64,000 bases of DNA from Candidatus Omnitrophota bacterium (GCA_042571705.1 JBHPFV010000003.1:28298-92297), one strand, 5' to 3'; shown: positions 1 to 7,249, numbered from the stretch's first letter. Program-made: numbers and translations. The notes: a model not told the origin generated them from the letters alone.

Positions 1-60
1 CCATGCGTTAATTGTGCGTCTAGGCAAAGATTTTTGCCGGACAAAACCGCGTTGCGGTGA
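1..60 (+). CDS. 3' end of an ORF truncated by the window edge, product unknown
   Basis: Frame 1 is open from base 1 to TGA at 58-60 (..PCVNCASRQRFLPDKTALR*), abutting the ATG at 61. Too short to assign a family. Confidence 0.25.
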   Translation, partial: PCVNCASRQRFLPDKTALR

Positions 61-831
61 ATGCCCTTTAAAAAAATGGAAATAGTAATTTTAGGTTCAG
101 GAACCGGCGTGCCTTCGTTAAGGCGGGGCGCACCCGGTTTGTTGGTCAAAGCAGGGCATGATTACTTGCTGTTTGATACCGGGCCCGGAACAATCAAAAA
201 GCTACTAGAAATAGGCCTGACTTATCATGATATCACCAGGATATTTTACACCCATTTTCACACCGATCATACCTTGGATTTGGCGGCTATTTTATTCGCG
301 GCAAAATATGGCCTTTCCCTGCGCAAGCAAGAACTGCAGGTAATTGGGCCTCAGGGGTTAGGGCATTTTTATAAAGGATTGTTAGGGCTTTATGGTCAGG
401 TGATTATCCCTGAGGCCTATCAACTCAAGCTTCAGGAAATCGGCCCGGGCGATGAGCTTAACTTTGATGCTTATAATATCCTCACCCGCAAGATGCAGCA
501 TTGCCCGGAAAGCCTGGCCTATCGTCTGGAAGCAAATGGCAAAAGCATGGTTTATTCCGGCGATACCGCTGATTGTGAAGAGATCGTCGAGTTGGGGCAA
601 AATGCCGATATTTTAATCTTAGAGTGTTCTTTTCCAAATCGAATCAAGGTAGCCGGGCATTTAATCCCGGAACAAGCCGCAACTATCGCTCGAAAATGTA
701 ACTGTAAAAAACTGGTGTTGACGCATCTTTATCCGGTTTGTGAACAGGCTCAGATACTTGAGCAGGCAAAAAAAGAATTTAGCGGTGAAATTGTAGTAGC
801 AAGCGACTTGATGTCGATTAAGCTGATTTGA
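61..831 (+). CDS. MBL-fold metallo-hydrolase (short RNase Z/ElaC-like)
   Basis: 256 aa with the metallo-beta-lactamase signature HFHTDH (HxHxDH) and later His/Asp ligands (SGDT.., LTHLYP). Confidence 0.8.
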   Translation: MPFKKMEIVILGSGTGVPSLRRGAPGLLVKAGHDYLLFDTGPGTIKKLLEIGLTYHDITRIFYTHFHTDHTLDLAAILFAAKYGLSLRKQELQVIGPQGLGHFYKGLLGLYGQVIIPEAYQLKLQEIGPGDELNFDAYNILTRKMQHCPESLAYRLEANGKSMVYSGDTADCEEIVELGQNADILILECSFPNRIKVAGHLIPEQAATIARKCNCKKLVLTHLYPVCEQAQILEQAKKEFSGEIVVASDLMSIKLI

Positions 832-888
832 GAAGATTTAGCTTGCAGATTTTGGGTTTATTTTGTAGTATAGTACCTGGAGGCAAAG

Positions 889-1275
889 ATGAGAACCTCA
901 TTATTGTGCGCGGCATTATTATTATTTTCGCTGGCAGCTTTTGCGGATGCGGATTCTGAAATTAGGGAAGAAGTTCAACAGCTGCAAGAACATAAATTAG
1001 CAATAGAGCAGACAAGAATTAGTCAGCCGGAGATAAAAAACCTTAAGCCTACGATTACTTATTCTTTACGCGAACCAAAAACTGACTATTCGTTTTCTCA
1101 GGCCACATTTGCAGTCCGTCAGCCCAAGACTAAAACCTTTGAGGACTTAAAGACCAGCTATACTCTGCGCAGGATTAAAAACAAAGGCATTAGTCAGTTG
1201 GAGTATCGCTATCTTATGCCCCGGAGCCCTTTTGTTTACGGAGATCGAAACGCAGCATCTTTGATCAGCGAATAA
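889..1275 (+). CDS. secreted hypothetical protein
   Basis: 128 aa. N-terminal signal peptide MRTSLLCAALLLFSLAAFADA. RBS ctGGAGGcaaagATG. No domain recognised. Confidence 0.5.
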   Translation: MRTSLLCAALLLFSLAAFADADSEIREEVQQLQEHKLAIEQTRISQPEIKNLKPTITYSLREPKTDYSFSQATFAVRQPKTKTFEDLKTSYTLRRIKNKGISQLEYRYLMPRSPFVYGDRNAASLISE

Positions 1276-1460
1276 GGAGTAGTGGTGAAATGTACTCCAC
1301 TTCGTAAGCTGTTGGGAAATTTTATCCTAAAATTTCCCAACACTTCGTGGAGTTAATTCGCACAGTCACTTATGTTCGCTTACTGGACCCCTGCATTAAG
1401 GATTACAGGGTTTGCCCTTGTGGGCTTAGTTTGCTCCATAAGTGACGTGCTCATTAAGGA
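1276..1460 (+). promoter_or_regulatory. highly structured intergenic region (nested inverted repeats), function unknown
   Basis: Perfect 14-bp stem 1310-1323/1329-1342 (TGTTGGGAAATTTT / AAAATTTCCCAACA) enclosed by CTCCAC/GTGGAG. A second inverted repeat GTCACTTATG 1365-1374 / CATAAGTGAC 1437-1446 encloses CCCTG/CAGGG and GCCC/GGGC hairpins. Confidence 0.4.
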
Positions 1461-1826
1461 GTGGTGATGAAGGAAAGAAGAAAATTTGTCCGCTTAAATA
1501 TTCCTTTGGAAGTCAGCTATACGATACAGGGGACAGATCAGGATCCGCAGAGAAGTGTCACCAAAAACATCAGCCCTAATGGCGCCAGCTTCACTGTAGA
1601 AGAAGATTCGCCCAAAGGGACGATGTTCGACATCAACATTAGAATCCCTGAGCAGGCTGAGCCCATTCCGATTAAGGCCAAAATAGTCTGGTCCCAGAAA
1701 GAAGCCGAGCAAGAGCAGGCCAGTTATAATGCCGGCTTTGAATTCATTCAGATCCCCGAGAATAGCAAGCAAATGTTCTTTCAATATTTGTGTAATTTTA
1801 TGTATGACCAATTCAAAAAGCTTTAA
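1461..1826 (+). CDS. PilZ domain protein (c-di-GMP receptor)
   Basis: RRKFVR (RxxxR) and NISPNG (D/NxSxxG) motifs. The track ORF starts at GTG 1461; ATG at 1467 sits 5 nt after AAGGAG and is the likelier start. Confidence 0.8.
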   Translation: MVMKERRKFVRLNIPLEVSYTIQGTDQDPQRSVTKNISPNGASFTVEEDSPKGTMFDINIRIPEQAEPIPIKAKIVWSQKEAEQEQASYNAGFEFIQIPENSKQMFFQYLCNFMYDQFKKL

Positions 1827-1835
1827 GAGGAAGAA

Positions 1836-2288
1836 ATGGAACTAAAACAAAAAATTGAGGATGATTTTAAGCAGGCCTTAAAAAGTAAAAATCAGCTGAC
1901 TGTTTCAACTTTGCGGATGTTGAAGGCGGCCTTACACAATAAAGAGATCGAGCAAAAGGGCAAGGACCTTTCCACTGAGCAGATTTATAAAATTATCAGC
2001 AAACAAGTTAAACAGCGCCAAGAGTCTATTGAGCAGTTCAAAAAAGGAAAAAGAGACGAACTAGCCGAGCAGGAGACTAAAGAACTGAAGATTTTGGAGC
2101 AATATCTGCCGCAGCTGCTCTCAGAGGATGAGGTCACCGCAGTAGTGAAAAAAATAATTACAGAAAACGCTGGCGTCGGGCCGGCTGAGTTGGGCAAGGT
2201 AATGAAGCTGGCGATGGCCGAATTTAAGGGCCAGGCCGACGGAAAACTAGTTAACCAGATTGCCCTCAAACTTTTAAAGCCAACTTAA
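1836..2288 (+). CDS. GatB/YqeY domain protein
   Basis: 150 aa. The N-terminus MELKQKIEDDFKQALKSKNQLTVSTLRMLKAALHNKEIE matches the YqeY family pattern, as do length and charge. Confidence 0.85.
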   Translation: MELKQKIEDDFKQALKSKNQLTVSTLRMLKAALHNKEIEQKGKDLSTEQIYKIISKQVKQRQESIEQFKKGKRDELAEQETKELKILEQYLPQLLSEDEVTAVVKKIITENAGVGPAELGKVMKLAMAEFKGQADGKLVNQIALKLLKPT

Positions 2289-2318
2289 AAAGCTAAAAAC
2301 AGATAAAAGGGAAAAGCT

Positions 2319-2828
2319 GTGGCAGGGATTCAAATAGGTTTAGTGATATTCTTTATTTTTGTTTTAGGGATTATTTGCCATGATGAGGTCAAAAAAGTAA
2401 GACAGCAGCGCAAGACATCTAAATTAAATAGATTTTGGCATCACGGCCGGGAAAGAAGAAAGACTGTCCGCTTAGACACTGAGATCGCGGTTTCATATGA
2501 GGTAGTTGCCCATAATAAGGCCCAGAAGCATCTTTCCCGAACCACCAATATTAGTATCGGCGGGATTAATCTTGCGCTGGAAGAGAAACTGCCGCCGAAT
2601 ACAGTGTTGAGTCTGCATTTTAATATTCCACAATCTGCGCAGACGCTTAATGTAAAAGGAAAAGTTATTTGGGCCAAAGAAATATTGGCTAAGTTCGTTA
2701 CTTCCGGACACCAGCGATTCTTTGCTACCGGAATAAAATTTGTTTATTTATCTAAAAAAGACGAAGTTGTTTTGGACAATTTTATCAGGCAAAGCGCAAA
2801 ACAGCCTAGGTTGCAAACTGTCAGTTAA
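2319..2828 (+). CDS. membrane-anchored PilZ domain protein
   Basis: N-terminal TM helix (IQIGLVIFFIFVLGIIC), then RRKTVR and NISIGG PilZ motifs. GTG start. Confidence 0.8.
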   Translation: MAGIQIGLVIFFIFVLGIICHDEVKKVRQQRKTSKLNRFWHHGRERRKTVRLDTEIAVSYEVVAHNKAQKHLSRTTNISIGGINLALEEKLPPNTVLSLHFNIPQSAQTLNVKGKVIWAKEILAKFVTSGHQRFFATGIKFVYLSKKDEVVLDNFIRQSAKQPRLQTVS

Positions 2829-2839
2829 AAGGGGGAGGA

Positions 2840-3172
2840 ATGAGAAATTTAAAATATTTGTTACTGGCTGTTTTTTTAATAGGGTGTGCGGAGATTCAGC
2901 CTCCCGGCCCCAAAGAGATTATGCACCAGCCTTTAGGCGGCAGCGCCTTACGCATGGGAATGGCTAAGGAACAAGTCAAATCAATCTGGGGTGAGCCGGA
3001 CCTGGTCCGCGGGCTCGATTCAAACACCCCGGGCACAGTAAAGGAAGAGTGGGTTTACCGCGGTCGTTACCCCAATTTACCGATAAATGTGGATTATCTT
3101 GCGGAGAGTCAATACCTAGTATTTGATGGCAACAATCTTGTAGAGATGAATTTACGCAAACACAGTAAGTAA
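2840..3172 (+). CDS. BamE/SmpA-OmlA-like outer-membrane lipoprotein
   Basis: Lipobox LIGC after a signal peptide. GMAKEQVKSIWGEPD resembles the SmpA/OmlA core motif. 110 aa. Confidence 0.55.
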   Translation: MRNLKYLLLAVFLIGCAEIQPPGPKEIMHQPLGGSALRMGMAKEQVKSIWGEPDLVRGLDSNTPGTVKEEWVYRGRYPNLPINVDYLAESQYLVFDGNNLVEMNLRKHSK

Positions 3173-3185
3173 AAAGGAAACAGCA

Positions 3186-3551
3186 ATGGCTGATAACAAA
3201 AGAATTTTTGACCGGCTCGAAGGCGTGGTTAATGTGCGTTACGGGGTCAAGGGTCGGGATAAAGAAAAGATCGAAAGTCTACCCCGAAACATTGGGGGCG
3301 GGGGACTGGGGGTCTATTTAACAGAGAAGTTAGAGCCAGGTACAGTCATCGAGCTGGAAATTACCGTTCCCGACAATCCACAGAAGGCTATCCGCGGCGT
3401 TGGGGAAGTGCTTTGGACTAAACATTACGGTACTATCAGCCCCGAACAGGGTGTAAATTTGCACGAGACCGGGATCAGGTTTGTCGATATTAACCCGCTG
3501 GCAGTTGGTAGAGTCTATACCTACCATAGCCGGCAAGCTGACCTTTCCTAG
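3186..3551 (+). CDS. PilZ domain protein (variant binding motif)
   Basis: KRIFDR supplies RxxxR. The second motif is NIGGGG (Ser replaced by Gly). Confidence 0.7.
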   Translation: MADNKRIFDRLEGVVNVRYGVKGRDKEKIESLPRNIGGGGLGVYLTEKLEPGTVIELEITVPDNPQKAIRGVGEVLWTKHYGTISPEQGVNLHETGIRFVDINPLAVGRVYTYHSRQADLS

Positions 3552-3594
3552 AAGCCCAGCCTTCATAAATCTTACCTTTTTTATGCCAGTCGTC

Positions 3595-3623
3595 TTGACA
3601 AAGCCATTTTTTTGGTATATACT
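3595..3623 (+). promoter_or_regulatory. sigma70-type promoter upstream of the HD-GYP gene
   Basis: TTGACA (3595-3600), 17-nt spacer, TATACT (3618-3623), about 75 nt before the ATG at 3702. Confidence 0.5.
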
Positions 3624-3701
3624 TTTTATAGTATAGCCTAATTTGTAAGACTTTACCAGACTTTTCAAGATACGAGCCACGGGCGTTGCGAAGGAAAATT
3701 A

Positions 3702-5213
3702 ATGCCTGTCGCTCATTTTTTTTCTCAAGAGCCTAAATTTCTCTCCTTAGTCAGCTGTCTAAACAATCTTGGTGTCGGCTTAAGCGTAATCAATAAAGAA
3801 ATGCGGATTGTTTGGACCAATCAGGTCTTAAGCAATACTTTCGGCCCTCCCGAGAGCATTTGCCAGCGGCCATGCTACCAAGTGTTCTTTCGCAGAAAGG
3901 ACATCTGTTTAGATTGTCCGGTGGTTGAGACTTTTCGTACCGGTGAGCCCAGCCAAAAAAACAGCCAACTGCATTTTGGCCAAAATGGCCAAAAACGGTA
4001 TTACCACCTCAGCACCACACCGATAAGCTATAATGGTAAGGTAGCGGAAGTGCTGGAATTGAGTTATGACGTTACCAAAGATAAGGCCCTGGAAGAGAGG
4101 ATCCGCCATAAAAGCTCCGAATTGAATACCGCCCTCAGGGAATTATTTACAGTTTATTCGCTCAGCCGTGAGATTATTTCCACTTTGGACTTACAAAAAG
4201 TACTGACCTCAGTAGCCCAGACTGTCTGTTCAATCATTCATACTAAGGCCTGTGTCTTAAGGTTGGTTGATGAAGACAGTAAGCAGCTAAACGTTGCTTC
4301 CAGTTCCGGGATTAGCGCAGCCTATCTACAGAATACACCGTTAAAAGTAGGGCAGGGCCTTTCCGGGCTGATGGCCAACAGCGCCCGGCCGGTCATTTGT
4401 CCTGACCTGAGTAAAGAAAAAAACGCTAAATACTGCAATTACATCAATCAGGAGGGGTTTCAATCAGCCTTAGGCGTGCCGATTATCTTTAAGGATCAGG
4501 TCCTAGGGACCATTTTGACTTACGACAAATTAGTCAGAAATTACAGCAGGGTAGAAGTAATGCTTTTGTCTACTTTTGCCTCGCAGGTGGCGATTGCCAT
4601 TAAAAACGCCAAACTATATGAAAAGGTACATTTAAATTATTTCAATACCTTAAGTACCCTGGCCCTGGCCATGGAGGCCCGCGATCCTTATACTCACGGC
4701 CATTCTTTAAGGGTCACGGCCTACGCCACAGAGATCGCCCGGGCCTTAGGGTTGGCCCCACGTGAAATCAAGATTATTCTGCGGGCTGGCAAGTTACACG
4801 ATGTAGGTAAAATCGCGGTGCCCGATGCCATTTTAATGAAACCCGGGCCGTTAACCCGGAAAGAGAAAGAGGTAATTCAGCTCCATCCGCTTAAGGGGGT
4901 GGAGATGCTGGCGCCGCTTAAGTTCCTTGAGTCAGGTTTTCCTCTAATAAAACATCATCATGAAAGGTTTGATGGCAAAGGTTACCCCGCTGGACTAAAA
5001 AAGGGCAGGATCCCCGTTATCGCCCGGTTGTTTTCCTGTGCCGATGCCTTTGATGCGATGACTTCCGACCGTCCTTACCGCTGCAAAATGACCTACCAGA
5101 CCGCGATAGGGGAGCTGAAAAAAAATGCCGGCAGCCAATTCGACCCCGATATTGTCAAGAAATTCGTTTCCGTGCTCAAGCGTAAACCAGCATTCTTTTC
5201 TACCCTGGCCTAA
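3702..5213 (+). CDS. PAS-like/GAF/HD-GYP c-di-GMP phosphodiesterase
   Basis: The C-terminal domain has the intact HD-GYP set: HGHSLRV, LHDVGK, LHPLKG, HHHERFDGKGYP, DAFDAMTSDRPY. A central GAF-like region follows a coiled coil. The N-terminal sensor region carries C-x3-C-x10-C-x2-C. Confidence 0.9.
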   Translation: MPVAHFFSQEPKFLSLVSCLNNLGVGLSVINKEMRIVWTNQVLSNTFGPPESICQRPCYQVFFRRKDICLDCPVVETFRTGEPSQKNSQLHFGQNGQKRYYHLSTTPISYNGKVAEVLELSYDVTKDKALEERIRHKSSELNTALRELFTVYSLSREIISTLDLQKVLTSVAQTVCSIIHTKACVLRLVDEDSKQLNVASSSGISAAYLQNTPLKVGQGLSGLMANSARPVICPDLSKEKNAKYCNYINQEGFQSALGVPIIFKDQVLGTILTYDKLVRNYSRVEVMLLSTFASQVAIAIKNAKLYEKVHLNYFNTLSTLALAMEARDPYTHGHSLRVTAYATEIARALGLAPREIKIILRAGKLHDVGKIAVPDAILMKPGPLTRKEKEVIQLHPLKGVEMLAPLKFLESGFPLIKHHHERFDGKGYPAGLKKGRIPVIARLFSCADAFDAMTSDRPYRCKMTYQTAIGELKKNAGSQFDPDIVKKFVSVLKRKPAFFSTLA

Positions 5214-5278
5214 AGTTCCCAAATAGGGCAGAGGCTTAAAGGCGTTTAGCTTTCCCCTATTTTCTGTTAACAGGGGAG

Positions 5279-6057
5279 AGGTAAGTCCGAGTAACTCAAG
5301 GGGCATCGAGTAAGTTCTAGTAAAATTGAGGGCCTCGAGTAAGAAGTGGTAAAATTGGACCATGCGAGTAAGTTGAGGTAAAATAAAGCCTATCGAGTAA
5401 GTTCTAGTAAAATCAAACCCAACGAGTAACTTCCAGTAAAACCGAACCACACGATTAACTCTAAGTAAAATCAAGGCCATTGAGTAAGAACCGGTAAGCT
5501 CAAGACATCGAGTAACTATGAGTAAAATTGGACCCAATGATTAACTGTAAGTAAGTTCGGGACCCTTGAGTAATTCCCGGTAAAATCGAAGGGTACGGTT
5601 AACTGTAAGTAAGTTGGCCCGAAAAAGTAAGACCGGGTAAATTAGCCAGTGGCGAGTAATAGTAAGTAACTTGGGCCCAAAAAGTAAGCGCAGGTAAGGG
5701 CTCAGAATTTGGTAAATCTAAGTAAGTTGGCGCAAAAAAGTAAACCCAGGTAACTTCTCTTCAAAAAGTAAGCCCAAGTAAATGCGCCCGATTTAGTAAA
5801 TCTGAGTAAGTTAGTTCAAAAAAGTAAGCGCAGGTAAGAGCCCCGAATTTAGTAAATCTGAGTAAGTTGGCCCGAAAAAGTAACTCCAAGTAACAGCCAT
5901 GAAAAAAGTAATTCTGAGTAACTTCTCCCAAAAAAGTAAACCTAAGTAAGAGCTCTGAAAACGGTAAGACTGAGTAAGAGGTCTGAAAAAAGTAAGACCA
6001 GGTAAGAGGCTTTAAAAAAGTAAACCCCGGTAAATTGGCCCCAAAAAGTAAGCGCAT
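5279..6057 (+). repeat. phased GTAA tandem array, about 27 units of 29 bp then 28 bp, non-coding
   Basis: GTAA begins at 5281, 5291, 5310, 5320, 5339, 5349 ... (alternating +10/+19), switching near 5600 to +10/+18 through 6048. About 55 in-phase GTAA plus 3 TTAA variants by hand count. TAA therefore closes all three + frames. Confidence 0.95.
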
Positions 6058-6295
6058 AAAAGGCCAGTTAAATGGGCTTTTTTTAGTAAATAAAATTAAC
6101 TACATCAAAGTCAGGTTTTTAAAGTAATCAGAGTTAATTTGGATTAAGTGGCGGTTGCGGAGTAAGCAAAAATGAACAAAAGTAAGTGACAATTTCCGAG
6201 TAAGTTTAGGTAAGTTCAAAGAAGTGAGAATTTCGCAGTAAGATGGAGTAATATCAGTTAAGCCTGAGCGCAGTAATAGTTGGGTTCAGGTAGAC
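6058..6295 (+). repeat. degenerate tail of the GTAA array
   Basis: Further aGTAAg/aGTAAt copies at irregular spacing (about 6086, 6123, 6161, 6181, 6200, 6210, 6238, 6248, 6272). A weak hairpin plus T7 at 6058-6084 separates this tail from the regular array. Confidence 0.7.
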
Positions 6296-6344
6296 ATTAG
6301 TTATGGCTCATCCGGTATTAACTCGATAATTTCAATGCGAAATT

Positions 6345-6368
6345 AGGCCTTTAGCGGGCCTTTTTTTT
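6345..6368 (+). terminator. putative intrinsic terminator closing the array region
   Basis: AGGCC (6345-6349), 7-nt loop, GGCCT (6457 is not meant: 6357-6361), followed by 7 further T. The stem is short (5 bp, 4 of them GC). Confidence 0.5.
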
Positions 6369-6636
6369 GAATGTTGCTAACTATGACTTTTATGCTTGAG
6401 TTAACCTTGATTATTAAACTTGGCCCCACTTCCTACTTTATCCACACCCTTTTCCACATTTGTTGTATCTTATTGACTTACAATATGTTATATTTATAAT
6501 CGCCAATTGATGTAGTTAACATAAGATATATTATGCCACCAAGTGTCCGATATGGGGAAAAGCGCACAAAACAGCCTTGTATTGCGATTTTTGGGGTTAT
6601 TAAGGGTTATGGTTGGGTTGAGTTGGCCAACAGTTT

Positions 6637-6849
6637 TTAGCTGCTTATTTGTTTTTGATTAAGCCACTCTTGGATTAGTTTTTGCTTTTGGGGCTGCGGA
6701 AGGCTTTTGCGATTTAGCCAGCGGTAAACCGTGTCTCTGGAGACCCGGACATATTTGGCTAAATCGGCTATATTGGCATCAAATTGGCGGTGGGTTTGCC
6801 AGTAAGCGATCAACTCGGAGATGGTTTGGTTCGTTTGAATTTTGGGCAT
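6637..6849 (-). CDS. small helix-turn-helix DNA-binding protein (AlpA/excisionase-like HTH)
   Basis: 70 aa. IADLAKYVRVSRDTVYRWLNRK is a typical HTH_17/MerR-like recognition segment. Confidence 0.55.
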   Translation of the reverse strand: MPKIQTNQTISELIAYWQTHRQFDANIADLAKYVRVSRDTVYRWLNRKSLPQPQKQKLIQEWLNQKQISS

Positions 6850-6899
6850 TTCTGGCTGAAATTCGGCCTATTTTTTGGGCTCGTTTAATGACATTCAGG

Positions 6900-7085
6900 C
6901 TAGTCGCGGTCTAAGTCTTTGATCACCATAGTATGCTCAGTAAGGTTCTGTAAAAAATGCCTGAAGTCATAATAAAGCTTGCCCATGTCCTCTTTGCTAT
7001 CCCCTTTTGATTCCTTGAGGGTGGCACAGCCCAGACAAAATAACGAAAAGTAAATCACGATTATTATTGGCAGCAAGCGCTTCAT
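6900..7085 (-). CDS. small secreted or lipoprotein, hypothetical
   Basis: 61 aa. Signal peptide MKRLLPIIIVIYFSLFCLGCATL with Cys residues at the likely cleavage site. Sits upstream of the HTH gene on the same strand. Confidence 0.45.
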   Translation of the reverse strand: MKRLLPIIIVIYFSLFCLGCATLKESKGDSKEDMGKLYYDFRHFLQNLTEHTMVIKDLDRD

Positions 7086-7145
7086 TTCGTACCCTCTATC
7101 TCATATTGAAAATTTTCGATATGTCAGCGTTATTCCACTGCACAT

Positions 7146-7174
7146 ATTATAACCGACAAATTGCTATATGCCAA
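7146..7174 (-). promoter_or_regulatory. sigma70-type promoter for the lipoprotein/HTH pair
   Basis: On the - strand: TTGGCA (7174-7169), 17-nt spacer, TATAAT (7151-7146), about 60 nt upstream of the ATG at 7085. Confidence 0.45.
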
Positions 7175-7240
7175 CTTTTTTTTGATCTAGAGCCAGCAGT
7201 AAAATATGCCTAAAATTATACTGATTAAAGGCTAGTAATC

Positions 7241-7249
7241 TGGTATAAT
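7241..7249 (+). promoter_or_regulatory. extended -10 promoter element for the alpha/beta hydrolase gene
   Basis: TGgTATAAT at 7241-7249. The downstream RBS is ctGGAGGtactagATG. Confidence 0.4.

Noticed and set aside
1276-1460. c-di-GMP riboswitch (GEMM-I/II) upstream of the PilZ gene
   Set aside because: This was attractive given the context. By eye, however, I cannot find the conserved GEMM features (tetraloop/receptor pair, the conserved A/G-rich junction sequences). It needs a covariance-model scan, so it is not called.
4995-6057. Track ORFs 4995-5537 (180 aa) and 5761-6057 (98 aa) on the - strand across the GTAA array
   Set aside because: They are open only because the reverse complement TTAC contains no stop codon. 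The 28-29-bp period is not a multiple of 3, so the predicted proteins have no consistent repeat. No RBS is present, and one of them overlaps the 3' end of the HD-GYP gene. I treat both as artefacts of the repeat.
5279-6057. CRISPR array interpretation of the periodic region
   Set aside because: The whole period is only 28-29 bp, whereas a CRISPR repeat plus spacer would be about 60-70 bp. The conserved part is two 4-7-nt motifs rather than a 25-37-bp repeat. There are no cas genes and no leader.
5279-6368. Type III toxin-antitoxin antitoxin RNA (ToxI-like tandem repeats followed by a terminator)
   Set aside because: The layout is superficially similar, with repeats followed by a terminator. 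But there is no toxin ORF (ToxN/AbiQ-like) on the + strand downstream; the next + gene is at 7301. About 27 units is far more than known antitoxin arrays carry, and the units are not near-identical.
6473-6500. + strand promoter-like TTGACT-N16-TATAAT in the AT-rich gap after the array
   Set aside because: Nothing credible lies downstream. There is only a 34-codon ORF with no RBS, and then antisense to the HTH gene. Such matches arise easily in AT-rich sequence.
6637-7085. HTH (excisionase-like) gene plus small lipoprotein as the edge of an integrated mobile element
   Set aside because: I found no integrase, transposase, tRNA target, flanking direct repeats or phage genes in the window.
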